From the NCBI GenBank assembly GCA_001643675.2, contig LSRY02000009.1, positions 744,001 to 808,000 on the forward strand: DNA of 64,000 nucleotides, given 5' to 3'. Made by a program: the position numbers and the translations under genes. Shown here in pieces: positions 1 through 13,122 of the stretch (its first letter is position 1; the number at the start of each line of letters is the position of its first letter). The notes under the pieces were generated by a model. It had not been told where the DNA came from. It saw only the letters and a program-made list of their open reading frames with translations, and searched no databases. The stretch comes from Monocercomonoides exilis PA203 (lineage: Eukaryota; Protista; Preaxostyla).

Positions 1-423
1 ATTAATTTGAATGTATGTTATATTCTTTCTTTATTATTTTCGTCAACCTCTAATTCTTTAATTATTTCATTTTCATATTGTTCATTCTATTTTTCGATTA
101 ATCCAAACTAACGCAAGAATAATAGATGTAATTGTTCACCACAATTCATGTTAGAGAATGTGCAAATGATTTTTTATAAAAATCAACAAGTTTGTTTTGT
201 TTAAATTGTTTTCATATCATTATTAAGTTTGGAATAAAATATTATCATTGTGTAAGAAATATTCTCTAATATAACTGTTTTTATTAATTTTCCGTTACGA
301 ATTCTTTCCAGTTGTAAGCAATCAAAAGTCTATACTGTAATGTGCTCATGTGGAAGTTGTAAATGCAATATACAATTATTTAGCCTATGTGATAACAAGT
401 CTCTAAATCATTAACACGTTATT

Positions 424-2000
424 GTGCATGACACATCTGAACATCATCCCTCTCACCGGTTGTACACTCCTCGCTGCCCAACACCATTCAGCTGCCACCA
501 TCTGCTCCTCCACTTGCACCATCCACCCACCTTCCCTCACCAACAACCACCACCACCACCACTGCCCCCTCTTCCTCTCTGCCCATGCCTCCCTCGCCCT
601 CACAAACTTCTCCCTCACCACCCACCAACCTGCCATCTTCTCCTTCCCCCTCTTCTCCGCCCCAAACAATCTCCTCCCAGATACCCACTCCCCAATCCCT
701 GCCTCCTTCTCCATCTCCCACTCCTCTTTCTCCTCTTTCGTCTCCCTCATCCAGTCTTTCCTTTTCTTCTTCCATCTGTCCCTCTTCTTCACTCACCCCA
801 CCCACCTGCTATGATGACAGCCCCTCTTCCTTCGCACCTTTTGAGCAGTCAAACTCATCCAACTCTCCCTCTGCCTTCCTCAGCTCCCTCTCTGCGCATA
901 AGTCTCTCTCTGTACATGCTGCTGCTTCTCCTCTCAGAAGATCTTCCGATTCTTATTCAGAAAGTGGACTGCAGCCAATCCCGCCAACACTTTAGGACAG
1001 AATTGAAGGCATTGACGTCACAGTGGCAGTGCTGGGTACACTCAGCGAGGTTGACGAGGCACGAAGTCCGGGGTTCAAGGAACGCACAAAACAGTTCGAT
1101 TATTATTCTGTAAAGATCACAACACTTGCCTCTCTTTCAGTAGAAGATGGGCATTGCAGTGCAGATAAAACAAGTTATTCTTCTTCTTCATCATTCAAGA
1201 CATCACCATCACATGCTTATAAACCAATTCGTGCTCAAACCTTTTCTTCACATCAGATTCAGAACTTGTGTGGCATCTCCAACAGCTCTCCAAACACAGG
1301 TGCATATGCAGCTGTCTCTGCCACAACTGCCCTGCCTCTGTCTGTCCTCCTCTCCTTCCCCTTCATCTGCCAGTCTGCCCTCTTCCCTCTCCTCTCTTTA
1401 CTCACCAAGGACATCGAGCTGCTGGTCACTCCAATTCTTTCCTTTGCATCGCAGCTGAAGGAGAGCAGAGCAGACAAGACAGCCACGCAGCACGGCATGA
1501 ATACCACAAACAACAGCTAGCCGCCCTCTCAGCTGCTCAGCAGTTTTGGCTGGATACTCAGCGGAGAACGCATTCGGAAGATCAGCGAGGCAGACACCGC
1601 AGCCCCATTGTCTCTGATGTCTACGATGATGGACGAAGGTATCATCACCAGCTTCCCACAGAATGTGTTCAATCTGCTGGTCGATGCAGTCAATCCGATC
1701 CCGTCTCTACTCACATTCCACAAGGTGATGACTTCTTTGGCACAGAAGAGGCTGGCGGGGTAAAGCAGTGCTTTGGGTTATCCACAGTCTGCATCATAAT
1801 CTTATGTGTTGCTGGCTCCTGTAATGCCAACTTCTCCTTCATCTTCTTCCTCCACCACCTCATACTCATCATCCTCTTCTTCAGGTGTAGTTTCTCGTTC
1901 AGCTTCCACAGAGAAGTTAACAAACACTTCATCTAATAATACACACCCTCTTCTAAACTCTTCCTCCACATTGTCTGTCCCATTCGTCAGAGGAGCCACT
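424..2000 (+). pseudogene. GC-richer degenerate coding-like segment, probably partly derived from a pogo-like transposase C-terminus
   Basis: Several overlapping low-complexity ORFs. The stretch SDSYSESG...VLGTLSEV...KERTKQFDYY (~940-1110) resembles SSFAKSG...EVLAKLP...KKRTKRFDYF in the transposase remnant at 33905-34123. Confidence 0.35.
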
Positions 2001-2971
2001 TTTGTGAGCATCCGAGTACATCCACAAAGCCTCCCTCTTCTTCAAGTGAAAAAAACAACAGTTCTGGTATCTCCCCCCGCCCACTTCCAACGACCACACA
2101 GCTTTCACCTTATTCCTCTTCCTCATTTGCTAAGAATTCTGCATTCAACTCATCTCATCTCACTTATCTCCTCCCTCTTCAACCTCCTCTTGTCGACTTT
2201 GGGTGCCTGTTTGTTGTTGAGCAGTTCACCTTGTACGCTAAGCCCAGGCAGCATGTTACTGTGAAAACATCGCTGGAGCGGTGCGGGCAGTCGATGGAGG
2301 CGCGCATCACTGCCATGCACCGACGGGGCCACATGTTCAGTATGGAAAGGAGAAGAGGATTCAGAATTGCATGTGCTGCTTCATTAGACGGAAGAGTCGC
2401 ATCGATGGGGATGTCTGTAGCAGCTGTGGTGAGCTTCGTGCCGGTGCTGAATGAGATTTTGGAAGGTGTAGCTGTGGGTGGGATGAATGTGGCACGTAGA
2501 TCAGCACCGAAGACGTGCTCTTCTGCTTCTCTACCAATCTCTAAGGCAGCTTTCAACAGAGATGAAGATGAGGATGGAGATACATTGTTGGTAGACAAAG
2601 TGTCTTCAGATGATTGGAGATTGTCTGTTCCTGCAAGAGCACGCTCATCTTTATCTCCTTCTCCTCCAACTCCTCAGAAAACTTCCCTCAGCTCTTCCGT
2701 CAATTAGCTGGCTTTGCAGCTTCTGAACCCTTAAAATCTTTCTGTTACAAACCCAGTTTCATGCGCCAACGAAAAGTTGTCTTTATGAAATGTATTTATC
2801 ATATTTATCTGTCACATTTCACTTTGCATAATTATGCAGAAAACCTGAACACTTCTTCAAGTTGAAAAATATAAATAATCGATTGGAATTTTCTTTCAAA
2901 AAAAGTTATAATATTTCTATTATGGAAACGAATAAAAGAACCTTAATCAAATCATTGTTGATATTCCCCCT

Positions 2972-4174
2972 TTGCTTAATTTTTGCGATGATGAAAAAAT
3001 AGATGAATATTTGAAAAAGGAAGATAATGGAGAAGATTCAGGCCACAAAGCTGTCGAAGGAGAGAATGATTCAATAACGCTTGATAACCATGATATTGAA
3101 ATCAATGCAGTCGACAGGGAAGAGAAGTTGCTTGAATTGTTGGATGCAATGGAATCGAAGAAGCTTAGGCCTACAGATTTATTCAAGAACGGATTAGTTA
3201 CGAAAAGCAGCTTTTATCGTGCTGCAAAGGCAAGGAAGGAAGGAAGGGACATTTGCAGAATAGGAAGACCCCCAATTCTGAGCAAGCGAAGTAAAACTAC
3301 ATTCTTCTCAAAAATTAAAGACAAAATACAACTTGGTGCCTTTCCGTGTGCAAGATAAGTGAGAGACATAGTTGGATTTTTTTTTTTATTTTTTTGTTGA
3401 TATCTTTTTGTAATAAGTTTATTACCTCATAAATACATAGCTGAAGATCAACACAAGCCAACTCCAAATTTTCGAGTGTACTGCACTTGGTAATATTCTA
3501 TTATCAATTCGAACGAGGACCTTCACTTTGTCCATCTTATCCATTTGTCAGTAGAAAAAGCTACTCATTCAACAAGTAATGCCTTTTTCTTGGTTTGAAA
3601 AAAAGACAGACATTTATTTGATGAAAATCAGAACAAATCGGAATTAATTGATAATCTGGATGAAGTGTCTTCATTTGTATCTGATGTCAAGCCCTGTTTT
3701 GTAATCAGCTTTAAATGATCAAAAGTTAAAGAAGAGCCTAAATCTATTCTTTTTCCTTTGGTGTTCAATTTTTTCTCTATTTATGTTGTTTGAAAAATTT
3801 CAACTGTTTTTGAACAAACTCTTGGTGAGAAATTGATTATTGATATAATTATCTTACACTTTGTGTTTTCAATTTTTTTTATGCCTGTTTTCAAACATGA
3901 TTTTTTTAAGTGTAATTTTCAATTAAGTTGGAATTCAAATTATTATTTTGTTATGTTTATTTTTAAATGAATGTGTGCGGAATTAGCTTTTTTTTTAAAA
4001 AAAATTATTCTATTTTTTTTGAAACAATGCGATGTTTGAAATTTTTTTATTAATAATAAAAGCATTTCCACGTCAATTGGTTAATAAGACATTAAAAATA
4101 CTCTTCAGAAAAAAAAATATGAAAAAAAATCATCGAGTTCCGGGTTTATGACATGTCCCGGTTTTTTTACACAC
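2972..4174 (+). mobile_element. Degraded pogo-like DNA transposon: N-terminal HTH-type exon plus a right end
   Basis: ORF 2972-3358 has SSFYRAAKARKEGRDICRIGRPPILS, a helix followed by a GRP linker typical of Tc1/pogo DNA-binding regions. A GT..AG intron follows (~3371-3440), then stop-ridden sequence. TIR-like end ...ccgg...ccggtttttttacacac|TA at ~4140-4176. Confidence 0.5.
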
Positions 4175-4176
4175 TA

Positions 4177-5459
4177 GCCCAGCAATAGACCTTAAACGAA
4201 TTGAGCGGGTCAATTCGAATTGATCAAGTCAAAACGTTTTTTGTTTATTTTATTGGTATTGACTTAATCAATTCGGTTTTCCCTCAATCTTATTTGTGAT
4301 CAAAAATTCAAAAATTATATATCAATTTTGATCATAATTCTTTGAAGTTTTTTGTGTTTTCTGTTACAGAGCAGTTTGTTTTTATTAATTTTTTTATATG
4401 TGTATCATTAATGTATTATTAATATATTTGCGTTAAGTTTTTTTTTTTAAGATCATGAAAAATTCATCGAAATTTTCGAAACAAGTTTTTTTTAAGTTAT
4501 TTTTGATTTAATAATAAGTTTTTAATGTTCAAACTGTTATTAATTGTTTTTATTATGAAGCTAGTATTCATTATTTCGTTGGTTTTATTTCAGTTTTATT
4601 TAGAAAAGATGTTATTTATTGAACTATTGTTTTTTCATACAACTTTATCTGAATAACGAACTTTATCATCTATCATTTTTATTTTTTATCAAGAAAAGAA
4701 TTGGTTAAATGATGAGTGGTTGAAAATTTTTTCAATTCGAATTTGTTTCATTGTTTTTTCTGTTTTTTTATATTTCGTTATATATTTCTAATTCTTTTTT
4801 ATTCATTGAATTTTTTTCTTCAAATCAATCAAAATTTATCAAAATATAAAAAACAAAATTTGTTTTTAATGTAAAATTTGTTAAAACAAAAAATAATGTT
4901 GAATAAAGAATTTTGAAAAAATCAAAACATAGAATCTTTCGTTTTTTAAAAAAAAACATTCACATTATAATTAATATGAAAAATAATCCATTTATTCTTT
5001 AAATATTAAAAGATATAAACAACTTAATTTTTGAAATTTTCTATTGATCATGCACCCAGAATTGAATCAACTGGTCTTGACTCAATCAAAACGGTTTTGA
5101 GTCTCACTTTTTGGTTTTTTATGTGACTTATTGGTATTAGTCAAATCGAATACCGCATTACTTAATAATTTCGTTTTAGTTCTAATACTTTCTTATGACT
5201 CAACTTAAACCTGGCCAAACCCTAACCCTGAAAATCCAAAAAAGATCAAATTTTTTTGAGTGCTAACCCTAAAAAGAAGAGCGGGAACATAACCCTAAAC
5301 CCAAGATCTGTTACGCTAACCCTAAAACCTAAACCAAGCAATTAATACATTGATTATTTTTGAATTTTAACCCTAAAAATAAAAAAATACTGGGTCAGAT
5401 CAAAACTGCCCCGTTCTCTGTGAATATGCCCAAATTTTTTTCCTCACGTCACCCAGGGC
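4177..5459. mobile_element. Putative non-autonomous element carrying telomere-like TAACCCT motifs
   Basis: Bounded by TA|GCCCAG (4175) and CAGGGC|TA (5454-5461). Internal repeats of GACTYAATCAA and TTATTGGTATT. Five TAACCCT copies at 5223, 5264, 5290, 5317 and 5368. Confidence 0.35.
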
Positions 5460-5507
5460 TAACACCTATACTGAAAAAAAGTTATCACTCCATCATCCAC
5501 TTGAGTA

Positions 5508-5807
5508 GGCCTTTGCGACAAGCCGACATTTCACGAAGGACCTCGACAAGTCGACAGACAAGACAGTCACAAAATTTTGAATTAATTAATTTATATTTTT
5601 TATTGAAAAACTCATTTTTTTAATTCTATTAATTTTTTCATGAAAATTACGTGCAAAATTTGATTTGAAACAACTTTTTTATTTCTTTAATTATTTTTTA
5701 ATAAAAATAACCTAAAATGATATTAAAATGGGTTATCGACAGATCTTTGTCGAGATCAGTCTGTTGAAAGATCAGTCTGTAGAACAGATCAATCTGTCGT
5801 ATGTGTC
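5508..5807. mobile_element. Putative ~300 bp MITE with subterminal repeats
   Basis: Left TA|GGCCTTTGCGACA with several CGACA copies. Right TGTCG motifs and three AGATCARTCTGT repeats (~5752-5798), ending TGTCGTATGTGTC|TA. AT-rich core. Confidence 0.45.
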
Positions 5808-8800
5808 TATTTCTATTAACTTTTTTATTACAGATATTATATCAATTGCGATTCAGTGACGAAAACAGTTTTTGATTTCGAATAAAAGGATTATTGAATC
5901 AATAGAAATTGCAAGTTTTACATGTTTGTTATTATATCATAATTACTCCAAACCTATTTTTGTTATATATTTCATCTGTTTTTGAATCACCGAAAAGAAT
6001 GCAAATATTTAAATAAAGTTTTTTTTAAAGTGTTCCATAATAATAATTTGCTTTGAATTTTGCGAACAAACACGATATTTTTGGTTAAAGCAGAGGAAGA
6101 AAAAAGAAAGGTGTGATAAATATCTTTGTAATAATATTTATAAACGATTAACAGGAAAAGTTATGAAATGGAATTGTTTCTGATAACGATGAAGAATGAA
6201 AATAATTTGTGATAATCAAAACATAACTACTGCAGCTTCAAAAGGAATAATTCCTCATCCGAGCAGAAATTGAAAGAAGAAGCGATATCACCGAGATACG
6301 CAGTGTTCAATTATTAAACAGGAAATAAGAGAAAGAGAAAGAAGCTGCAAAGGATTAAGAAAAAAAAGAAGAGCTAGCGTTGAATACTGAAGAAAAAGAA
6401 AAAGAAAAATATTATTGGAAATAATCTGTCAGCAGTCTTTTATCTTCTCCTTCTTATCCTCTTCATCTTCGTCTTCAAACAGCATATCATTTCAAGTGCT
6501 TCAACAGATAAGAGAATGCAACAATTGCAATCAAAGATTTCATAGAAACATCCTCTTCTCAATCCGCCTATTGATTATGATCCAATGTCTCATTCATCTT
6601 TTCACCCACCGTTTGAATCAGTATCTGGTTTTGAAGAAAAGAAAAGAGAAAGAAGAAAAGATTAAGACAAAAGTGAAGAAGAAAAAGAAAACGATGAAGA
6701 AGATTAAGTTAATGCTCAATCTGCTCAAAGGCAATGGAATTGGAAGAAGAAAAAAGTTAAACTTTCATTAAACACAAAGCCAATTCTTATATATCATTTT
6801 GATGGAATGCTGTTATTTTTTCTAATTGATATCGTCCATTCCTTTTAAACATAAAAAACTATCTGAATATTCTTTCAATCTTTTGTTTGTCTCCAATTTT
6901 TTCTTTTTAACTTTGTTTTTTCTTTCTCAATAACCTTTTCTTTAGTGCTCAGATATGCCCAACCAATTTGTCTTCGATCCCGCACATTGCGCATCTGAAA
7001 GCGGCATTCAATCTCCTCCCCCGAATATTGTCGATCCAAAATAGGTGAGTCTGAATGACTTCCTCTCTTGCAAAGCAGCTAATGGTTTCTTCAGACATTC
7101 CGTGGCCATCTCTCTAAGAATACTACCCAAACGCCGAGAAAGAAACAAACCCCTCAAAATCTGTTTTGTATTCGGACATCTTATCAACAGCTGATGAAGC
7201 AATCTTCCCCTTTTCTGTTAAAACCCCCTCCACTGCCCTCTTCATGAAGGAAGACAATTCACCTCCCCCTGGCACTCTTCCACAAGAATATCACTACCCC
7301 ATTCCCATTGAAATACCAGAATCTGAATCTCCCGCTCAATTCTTCCCAACACTCGTCTCCTTCGAACTGGGGCTGCCTGAAAGCCAGTTTCCTCTTCTTC
7401 CTGTTTGGGTTAAGACTCCTTTTCTGTTCGTGAGAAGAGCAACGAAAAGAGCAAAAGCGGAAAAGCAGCCAGAAACAGAGAGTGAGTCTGAAGATGAGAC
7501 ACCTATTCCACTATCACCGAAGCACAAACCAGTTGTGCAAGTGAAAAGAGTTGTGAGTGAGGTTTTCTTTATTATCGATAATATTCATTACAATAACTTA
7601 TTTATCTTTCAAAATATTTTCTTTTGTTCCATTTCTTTTCAAATTTTTATTTTCTTTCCTCATTCCAAACCCAGCCACCTCCCTCAACCGATCCCATCTC
7701 CATCATCCCTCCACCTCTTCCTCAGCTTCCTTTTGTTCCCAACTCCCCTTAAATAAATATTCATCTCTGAAGCACACGAACTGAGGAGCCAGAAGATCGC
7801 CTCTGCAGTGAATTCACTTTCATTTCTCTCTCTTTCGCTCAGTACTGGCAGAGAAAGCAGATACAACAGCCCTTCCGATCAACTTATGTAGCAAAAATGA
7901 CTCCCTTTGAGAATGAATTGAGTGATTCTTCATTGGTTTCAGATGAATTGCTGTCTTTTCACTGGTTAAGAGGCCGAGAACGCCTTTCTTCTTCTTTAAG
8001 ATGTTAGCACAACCTCGCTGTTATACTCTGCCTGGCTATGTGGAGACAAAAGTGGAGAGGAAGAAGAGAGCAATTCAGAGAGAGAATAGGGAAAGAGAGA
8101 GATGTGGAGGAGGAGAAGGAAGAAGATGGGGATTGTGGGGAGAGGGCAGAATGAAGAGGGAGAAGGAGAAGAAGACGATGAGGAAGAGTTATTCTAGTTG
8201 GAAAATAAAATCCTGCTGATAAATCGCATTATGTGGTCTCAGAACTATCCTCTTTCAATTTCTGTTTCAGTTCAACTTCCTCTCATGTTTTCGTTTCCTA
8301 ATCCAGTTTTGCCCGTTTCTTCATCGTCATTCAAAATATTCACATTAGTCATCTGCTTTCTCTTCTTCTGCTGCATTTGCATCTGAATCAGCTTCTTCTA
8401 TTGTGAAATAAACACAAATGCTTCTCCAAATAGGTGATTCTTGTTATTCTTGATAATGTGTTTTCACTCAATATCAAAAAGGCTGTCATTGAAGATGAGA
8501 ATCCCATTCAGCACCAAGCATCAAACGAGCATGGCGTAGCTTACGTTATCACACCTTCAGCTTTGAGGTTGTTCTTCACCATTGACAGAAATGGCAAAGA
8601 TCAGTTACTCGAAGATTTGCAACAGCCTCTTGAGATGATCTATTTGTCGAGCATAGACACAAAAAAAGAATTAACAAAGAAGTTTTGGCCACACTGAGGC
8701 ATCATTTAAGAATTATTACTTGCATATCAGAGCTCAAAGGAAGAATAAAACAATGCATGCTTGCTGTTCATACAGCGTATGATGGAAAATCAGTAGGAGC

Positions 8801-9318
8801 AGAGCAAATGGAATTCTTTCGAATTGTGAAGATTAGAATACAACTTGGGATTTTTCATTCGCGAATCCTTCGACCAAACTGTTTGAGTCTAAATTGAATG
8901 AACACACTTTCAAGACGAATCTGAAAACACACATTATTTGTGCGATTGTTGTGGAAATGTTAAAACGAAATCTCGAAAGTGTGCCATTTCGAGCTCCTTC
9001 TTTGTTGGAAACTTTTTCAGGTGTGCTCTGAAAGAAGATTCGTTCATAGCTTTGTTCTATATTCATGTCTTGGAATTATTCGGAGAAAAGTACATGACTG
9101 AAGATGGGAGTTTTTCTTACGACCTAACTTGAATGAAGAAAGGCACATTCACCACTTCTCGAAAAAGCACTCATAATTGATCATCTTCACATATCTCATA
9201 TTACCTCATCACGCTGATGCATCCTCATTCATGTGTGCATAAATCATTCACGTCGACTACTGTTTCATTATGAAAGATAAGACTTCCTGAGCCTTTTCCG
9301 TTCTATCTTTTTTCCATA

Positions 9319-9562
9319 TGTCAAAATTTTTTTGAAAAGTTCCTTTTGTTGAATTTTGAAATAAAATAAAAATTTCATATTTTCATCAAATTTCTGTTCC
9401 CACAAATTAAACTTCACTGAAATGAAAATAAAAACATCGTAAAGGTTTTGATATCCATTCCAGTGAAGTTTAATTTGTGGGAACAGAAATTTGATCGGAA
9501 TATGAATTTTTTTATTTATTTTGAAAATTAAACGAAAGGAACTTTTCAAAAAAATATTGACA
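9319..9562. mobile_element. 244-bp hairpin MITE with TA target duplication
   Basis: TA|TGTCAAAATTTTTTTGAAAAGTTCC...GGAACTTTTCAAAAAAATATTGACA|TA. Arms of ~105-115 bp are complementary almost to the centre, including a near-perfect 40-bp inner block (ATCAAATTTCTGTTCCCACAAATTAAACTTCACTG). Confidence 0.85.
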
Positions 9563-10380
9563 TATCTTTTTGCTATATAAGTGGCTAAGAGGTTCAAATT
9601 ATGTTTGAAGCAGTTGATCTGAAGGACAGCAATACTGATTTGCACTAAATGCTATGGCAGGCCAGCTCTGTTTTTGCTTTTCTTCCTGTTCCCAGAACTC
9701 TTTTCGATTTTCATCTTTTGTTCGTTTTGTTCGCTAATAGCTAGTTCAATTCAATGAAACCATCTCTTCCATTAACCGCCTCTGCATATTTTTCTTCGTC
9801 AAGTGCTAATCCAGCAGTTAATCCTTCTTTATCTACTTTGAAAAAAGCGTGACTTTTTCATTAATTCAACAGCTGCTTCTCGTCTTCCAATTGTCTTTTT
9901 CATGTTCTAATGCAGTTCAATTGTTGGCCACTGGATTCAGCCGATTGGCAATGTTTTTGAAAGATCATTTTAGGATGTGAAAGTACAGGATCAAGCTGCA
10001 TGGAATGAATGCAGATAACACGGCAATATTTCTTTTTTCAATATTAACAAAGAAGGTGAACTGTTTCCAGATAGTATCATGAAATTGATAGTTTACTTAA
10101 ATAATGAATTTATTTAATTATATATATTTGATTATGGCTTTTGTGTGTTTTTATTTCATCTTCAAAATGAAAAATATGTGTTGCTTTCTCTTTTTTTGAA
10201 ATTTTTGTTTTTTAATTTTCGTAGTTGACGCTTCAGAAGAATAAAATTCTCAAAATGTCAAAACTTTATTTCTCGTTCATGAAAATTAAAATTCAATAAA
10301 GACATAAAGTCAAAAAAATTCTTTTGATTATAATTATTGAAAATTAATTATCACTTTTATGAAAATTGAATTGAGTGTTG

Positions 10381-10382
<2 letters not shown>

Positions 10383-10437
<55 letters not shown>
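10383..10437 (+). repeat. poly(A) tract, 55 nt
   Basis: Direct homopolymer run. Confidence 0.95.
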
Positions 10438-10438
<1 letters not shown>

Positions 10439-10495
10439 ACTCGACACTGGCTTATTTTTTCGACAGACATAGGTTGCCAAAAATTTCCTTATCGC

Positions 10496-10720
10496 AAAGA
10501 CCTACACTTGAGTTCAAAAATTCTTATTTGGGACAAAATTATTTGCTTTATGAATTTTGTTTCACACTATTCCAACTTATATTTTTCTCAACTTTTTTTC
10601 ATTTCTATATTTTATTTTGCACGATAATGTTAGTATTATAATCATACGATTGCAGAAAAAGTATGGAACAAATCTTTGTTTTTTTCATAAAAATTAAAAC
10701 TTCATCCCATTTATCCAAAA
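10496..10720 (+). repeat. Dispersed ~200 bp repeat, copy 1 (copy 2 at 40743-40949)
   Basis: Shared blocks ATTTGGGACAAAATT, TTATGAATTTTGTT, ATTTTTCTCAACTTTTTT, ATACGATTGCA and TTTTCATAAA occur in the same order in both copies. Confidence 0.85.
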
Positions 10721-10769
10721 TCAAATTAATTAATAATATGGTTTATCATTTGAATTTATAAGCATGGTA

Positions 10770-10817
10770 TGATCAACATTATTTTCGGATAGATCAACAT
10801 TAATTAAGGACAGACTG
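10770..10817. mobile_element. Solo terminal inverted repeat of the Tc1-like family found at 17506-19655
   Basis: TGATCAACATTATTTTCGGATAGATCAACATTAATTAAGGACAGACTG|TA is the reverse complement of the 17506 TIR with about 3 mismatches. Confidence 0.9.
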
Positions 10818-13122
10818 TAGTGATTTCGAACCATATTCTTATTTTATTTCAATTAAAATAGCTACAATAATAGCAACCAGTGCGATAATTTACATCAAAA
10901 ATGTGTCAGCCCGCGAATGGAATATGAATGAAAATGAAAAAATAATAATTCATCTTTCAGAAATTTGTATGTAAGCGATTCTTTTTTATGAGTATTTTTA
11001 TGTGATTCAACTCGTTAACGTCAAATGCTTGCTGTTCATTTCGTATGCAGCACAGGTCACGTATAGCAATCTGTTCCATGCATCGAACACAAACTCTGAA
11101 GCGAATATTAATCGAATATTAGTGGATGAAAAGCGAGAAACGAACGACACGCTTTTTCGGATGCAAATCCCACTGTATAATTCTCTCGCAAGTTCCACTT
11201 TCCGCACAGCATGTACAAATACAATGGGAAAGAGGGTGGCAGCTTTATGGGGTCATATTTTGGATGTTACACATTGCTGATTCAGATTAAGGTAGTAGAA
11301 GCAGTGGAGAAAGGGGAGGCAATGGTTTCATCCAAGGGCTTAACATGTCAACTTTGGATATGTTCAAATTGACATCGTGTGTGGCAAATGCACCGGAGAA
11401 ATAGAAGATCATCCGGCCGAATGAGATTGTGATTGTGGAGCAGACGCAGTGCATGCCACTTAAAGAGGAGATATTTGTAGAGGCGAAGCTTGATGCGCCC
11501 AGAGCAGCAAACTTTGTGGACCAGCAAGTGAACACAGCTATTTTCGGTAAGTTTTAGTTTTTTTCGTTCAAGATTGCCTGGATTCTCGAAGAAGAGGGAG
11601 GTCAGGAAAGCTGAAAAGAAGAAGGCAAAATATTTTGAGCTTGATTAAAGAAAAGAAAATAATTTCAAACAGATTGTCTTATGCAATGGTGAAGATTTGA
11701 AGCGATGTGGTGTGAGCTGAAATTTTCTTTTAATTATTACAAAGAATTTTTGTGCATTTATTTTTTTAAATAGATTTTTTTTTAATTTTTGTAATTTTTA
11801 GAACTTTTTTCATTATTTATCATGAACTTCCACTTTTTCTTGTGAGTTGATCGAATCGGTCATTTTGTGAATGCGCTTATTAACAATCTGCAGCACATTG
11901 CCTATCTGAACTACATCGGCAGAGAAATCATCGATTCACCCAATCTTTCCAATCAGATTGGACTCACTCAAACAATTGCTAATAAGCTCTGTCCAAGATA
12001 CGATGAAAGAGCAATTCATCATTTAATAAGGTTTGTAATTTTTTTTGATTATTGTTATTATTGTTTTTATCATATTTCTTGTTTTTCTATTTTTAACTTT
12101 TTCAAACCCTCATTTTTATTTTTACAATTAATTGATACGTAAACATATGAACCATCTCTTTTTTTGTTATAATTTCATTCAGTTTCTTCTTTTTAGAGTG
12201 GGCAATGGGTCTCCTCCACGATCACCTACCACCGTTTGTGTCATCATTGGAGTCAGAGCTGATGAAAAAGACTGAACCGGGAACCCTCTTCTGCGCATTT
12301 GGCTTCCACTATTGTCACTGTGTTGCGGCTGACTGTTCATTCCACATGAAACGAGACTTCCTCTTCTCACAGACCACTAAACATTTCTTCTCTTCGTCGT
12401 CAATGCCTTCTTCTTATTCTTCCTTCTCAAATCAGTCATCCACAAACCGTTTTGTTGTTTCAATGATCAAAAAAGTCAAATGCACATCGCAAAAAGCAGG
12501 AATTATCTCCTCTTTCCAATAAAAGTTCTCCTCTTTTAACTGTCACTCCATATCTTCTGTGAATAACACTCCATTCAAACACCACAATTCTCCTTCTCCT
12601 CCTCTCTTCTTTCTTACTTTGCCTCAAAAAATAATTTCAGCTTCCACCAAATGCTCTCTTTCCTCAAATATCTTCAACAGATAAAACATCTTTTTTGTGT
12701 AACATCACAAGCACAAATAGAGCTGCCACGAGCTGTCAACATGTTGATTCTTGCAGATCATCTATGTCTTCAAGTTCATCACAACGTTCTTCTTCTTCTT
12801 CTTTGATTTCCTCCTCCTGCTGAAGGGATATCAATGGACAGATCGCTCAATTCTTCCCATCGTATTCATATGTTTTCACGCCTGAAGCGCATTCCTTAAT
12901 CAAAAAAGTTGTATCTTCCTTCCTATCTCCAAACTTTGCACCACCGCTGCTGGGCGTTTCAAGCACAGGTATTTATTAACAAAAAGACAATAGACAGAAA
13001 AATGGAGTCTTTTGCATCATTTTTCTTCTATTACTTACACCAGCGTCGGATGATGTGTTGAAGAAATTATTGTTCCCATATGAGAAATGCATAAATGATA
13101 AAAGGTTGGGTAATGCAAGATA

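Noticed and set aside
5207-5374. True telomere or chromosome end
   Set aside because: The motifs are dispersed rather than tandem and are internal to the contig.
5735-5800. Short spaced repeats resembling a CRISPR array
   Set aside because: Units are ~12 bp with 4-6 bp spacers and only three copies, in a eukaryotic context with no cas genes. They are better explained as MITE subterminal repeats.
8434-9132. Possible CxC/KDZ transposase fragment (QLGIFHSRILRP; CDCC)
   Set aside because: The resemblance is too weak and fragmented to support without a profile search.
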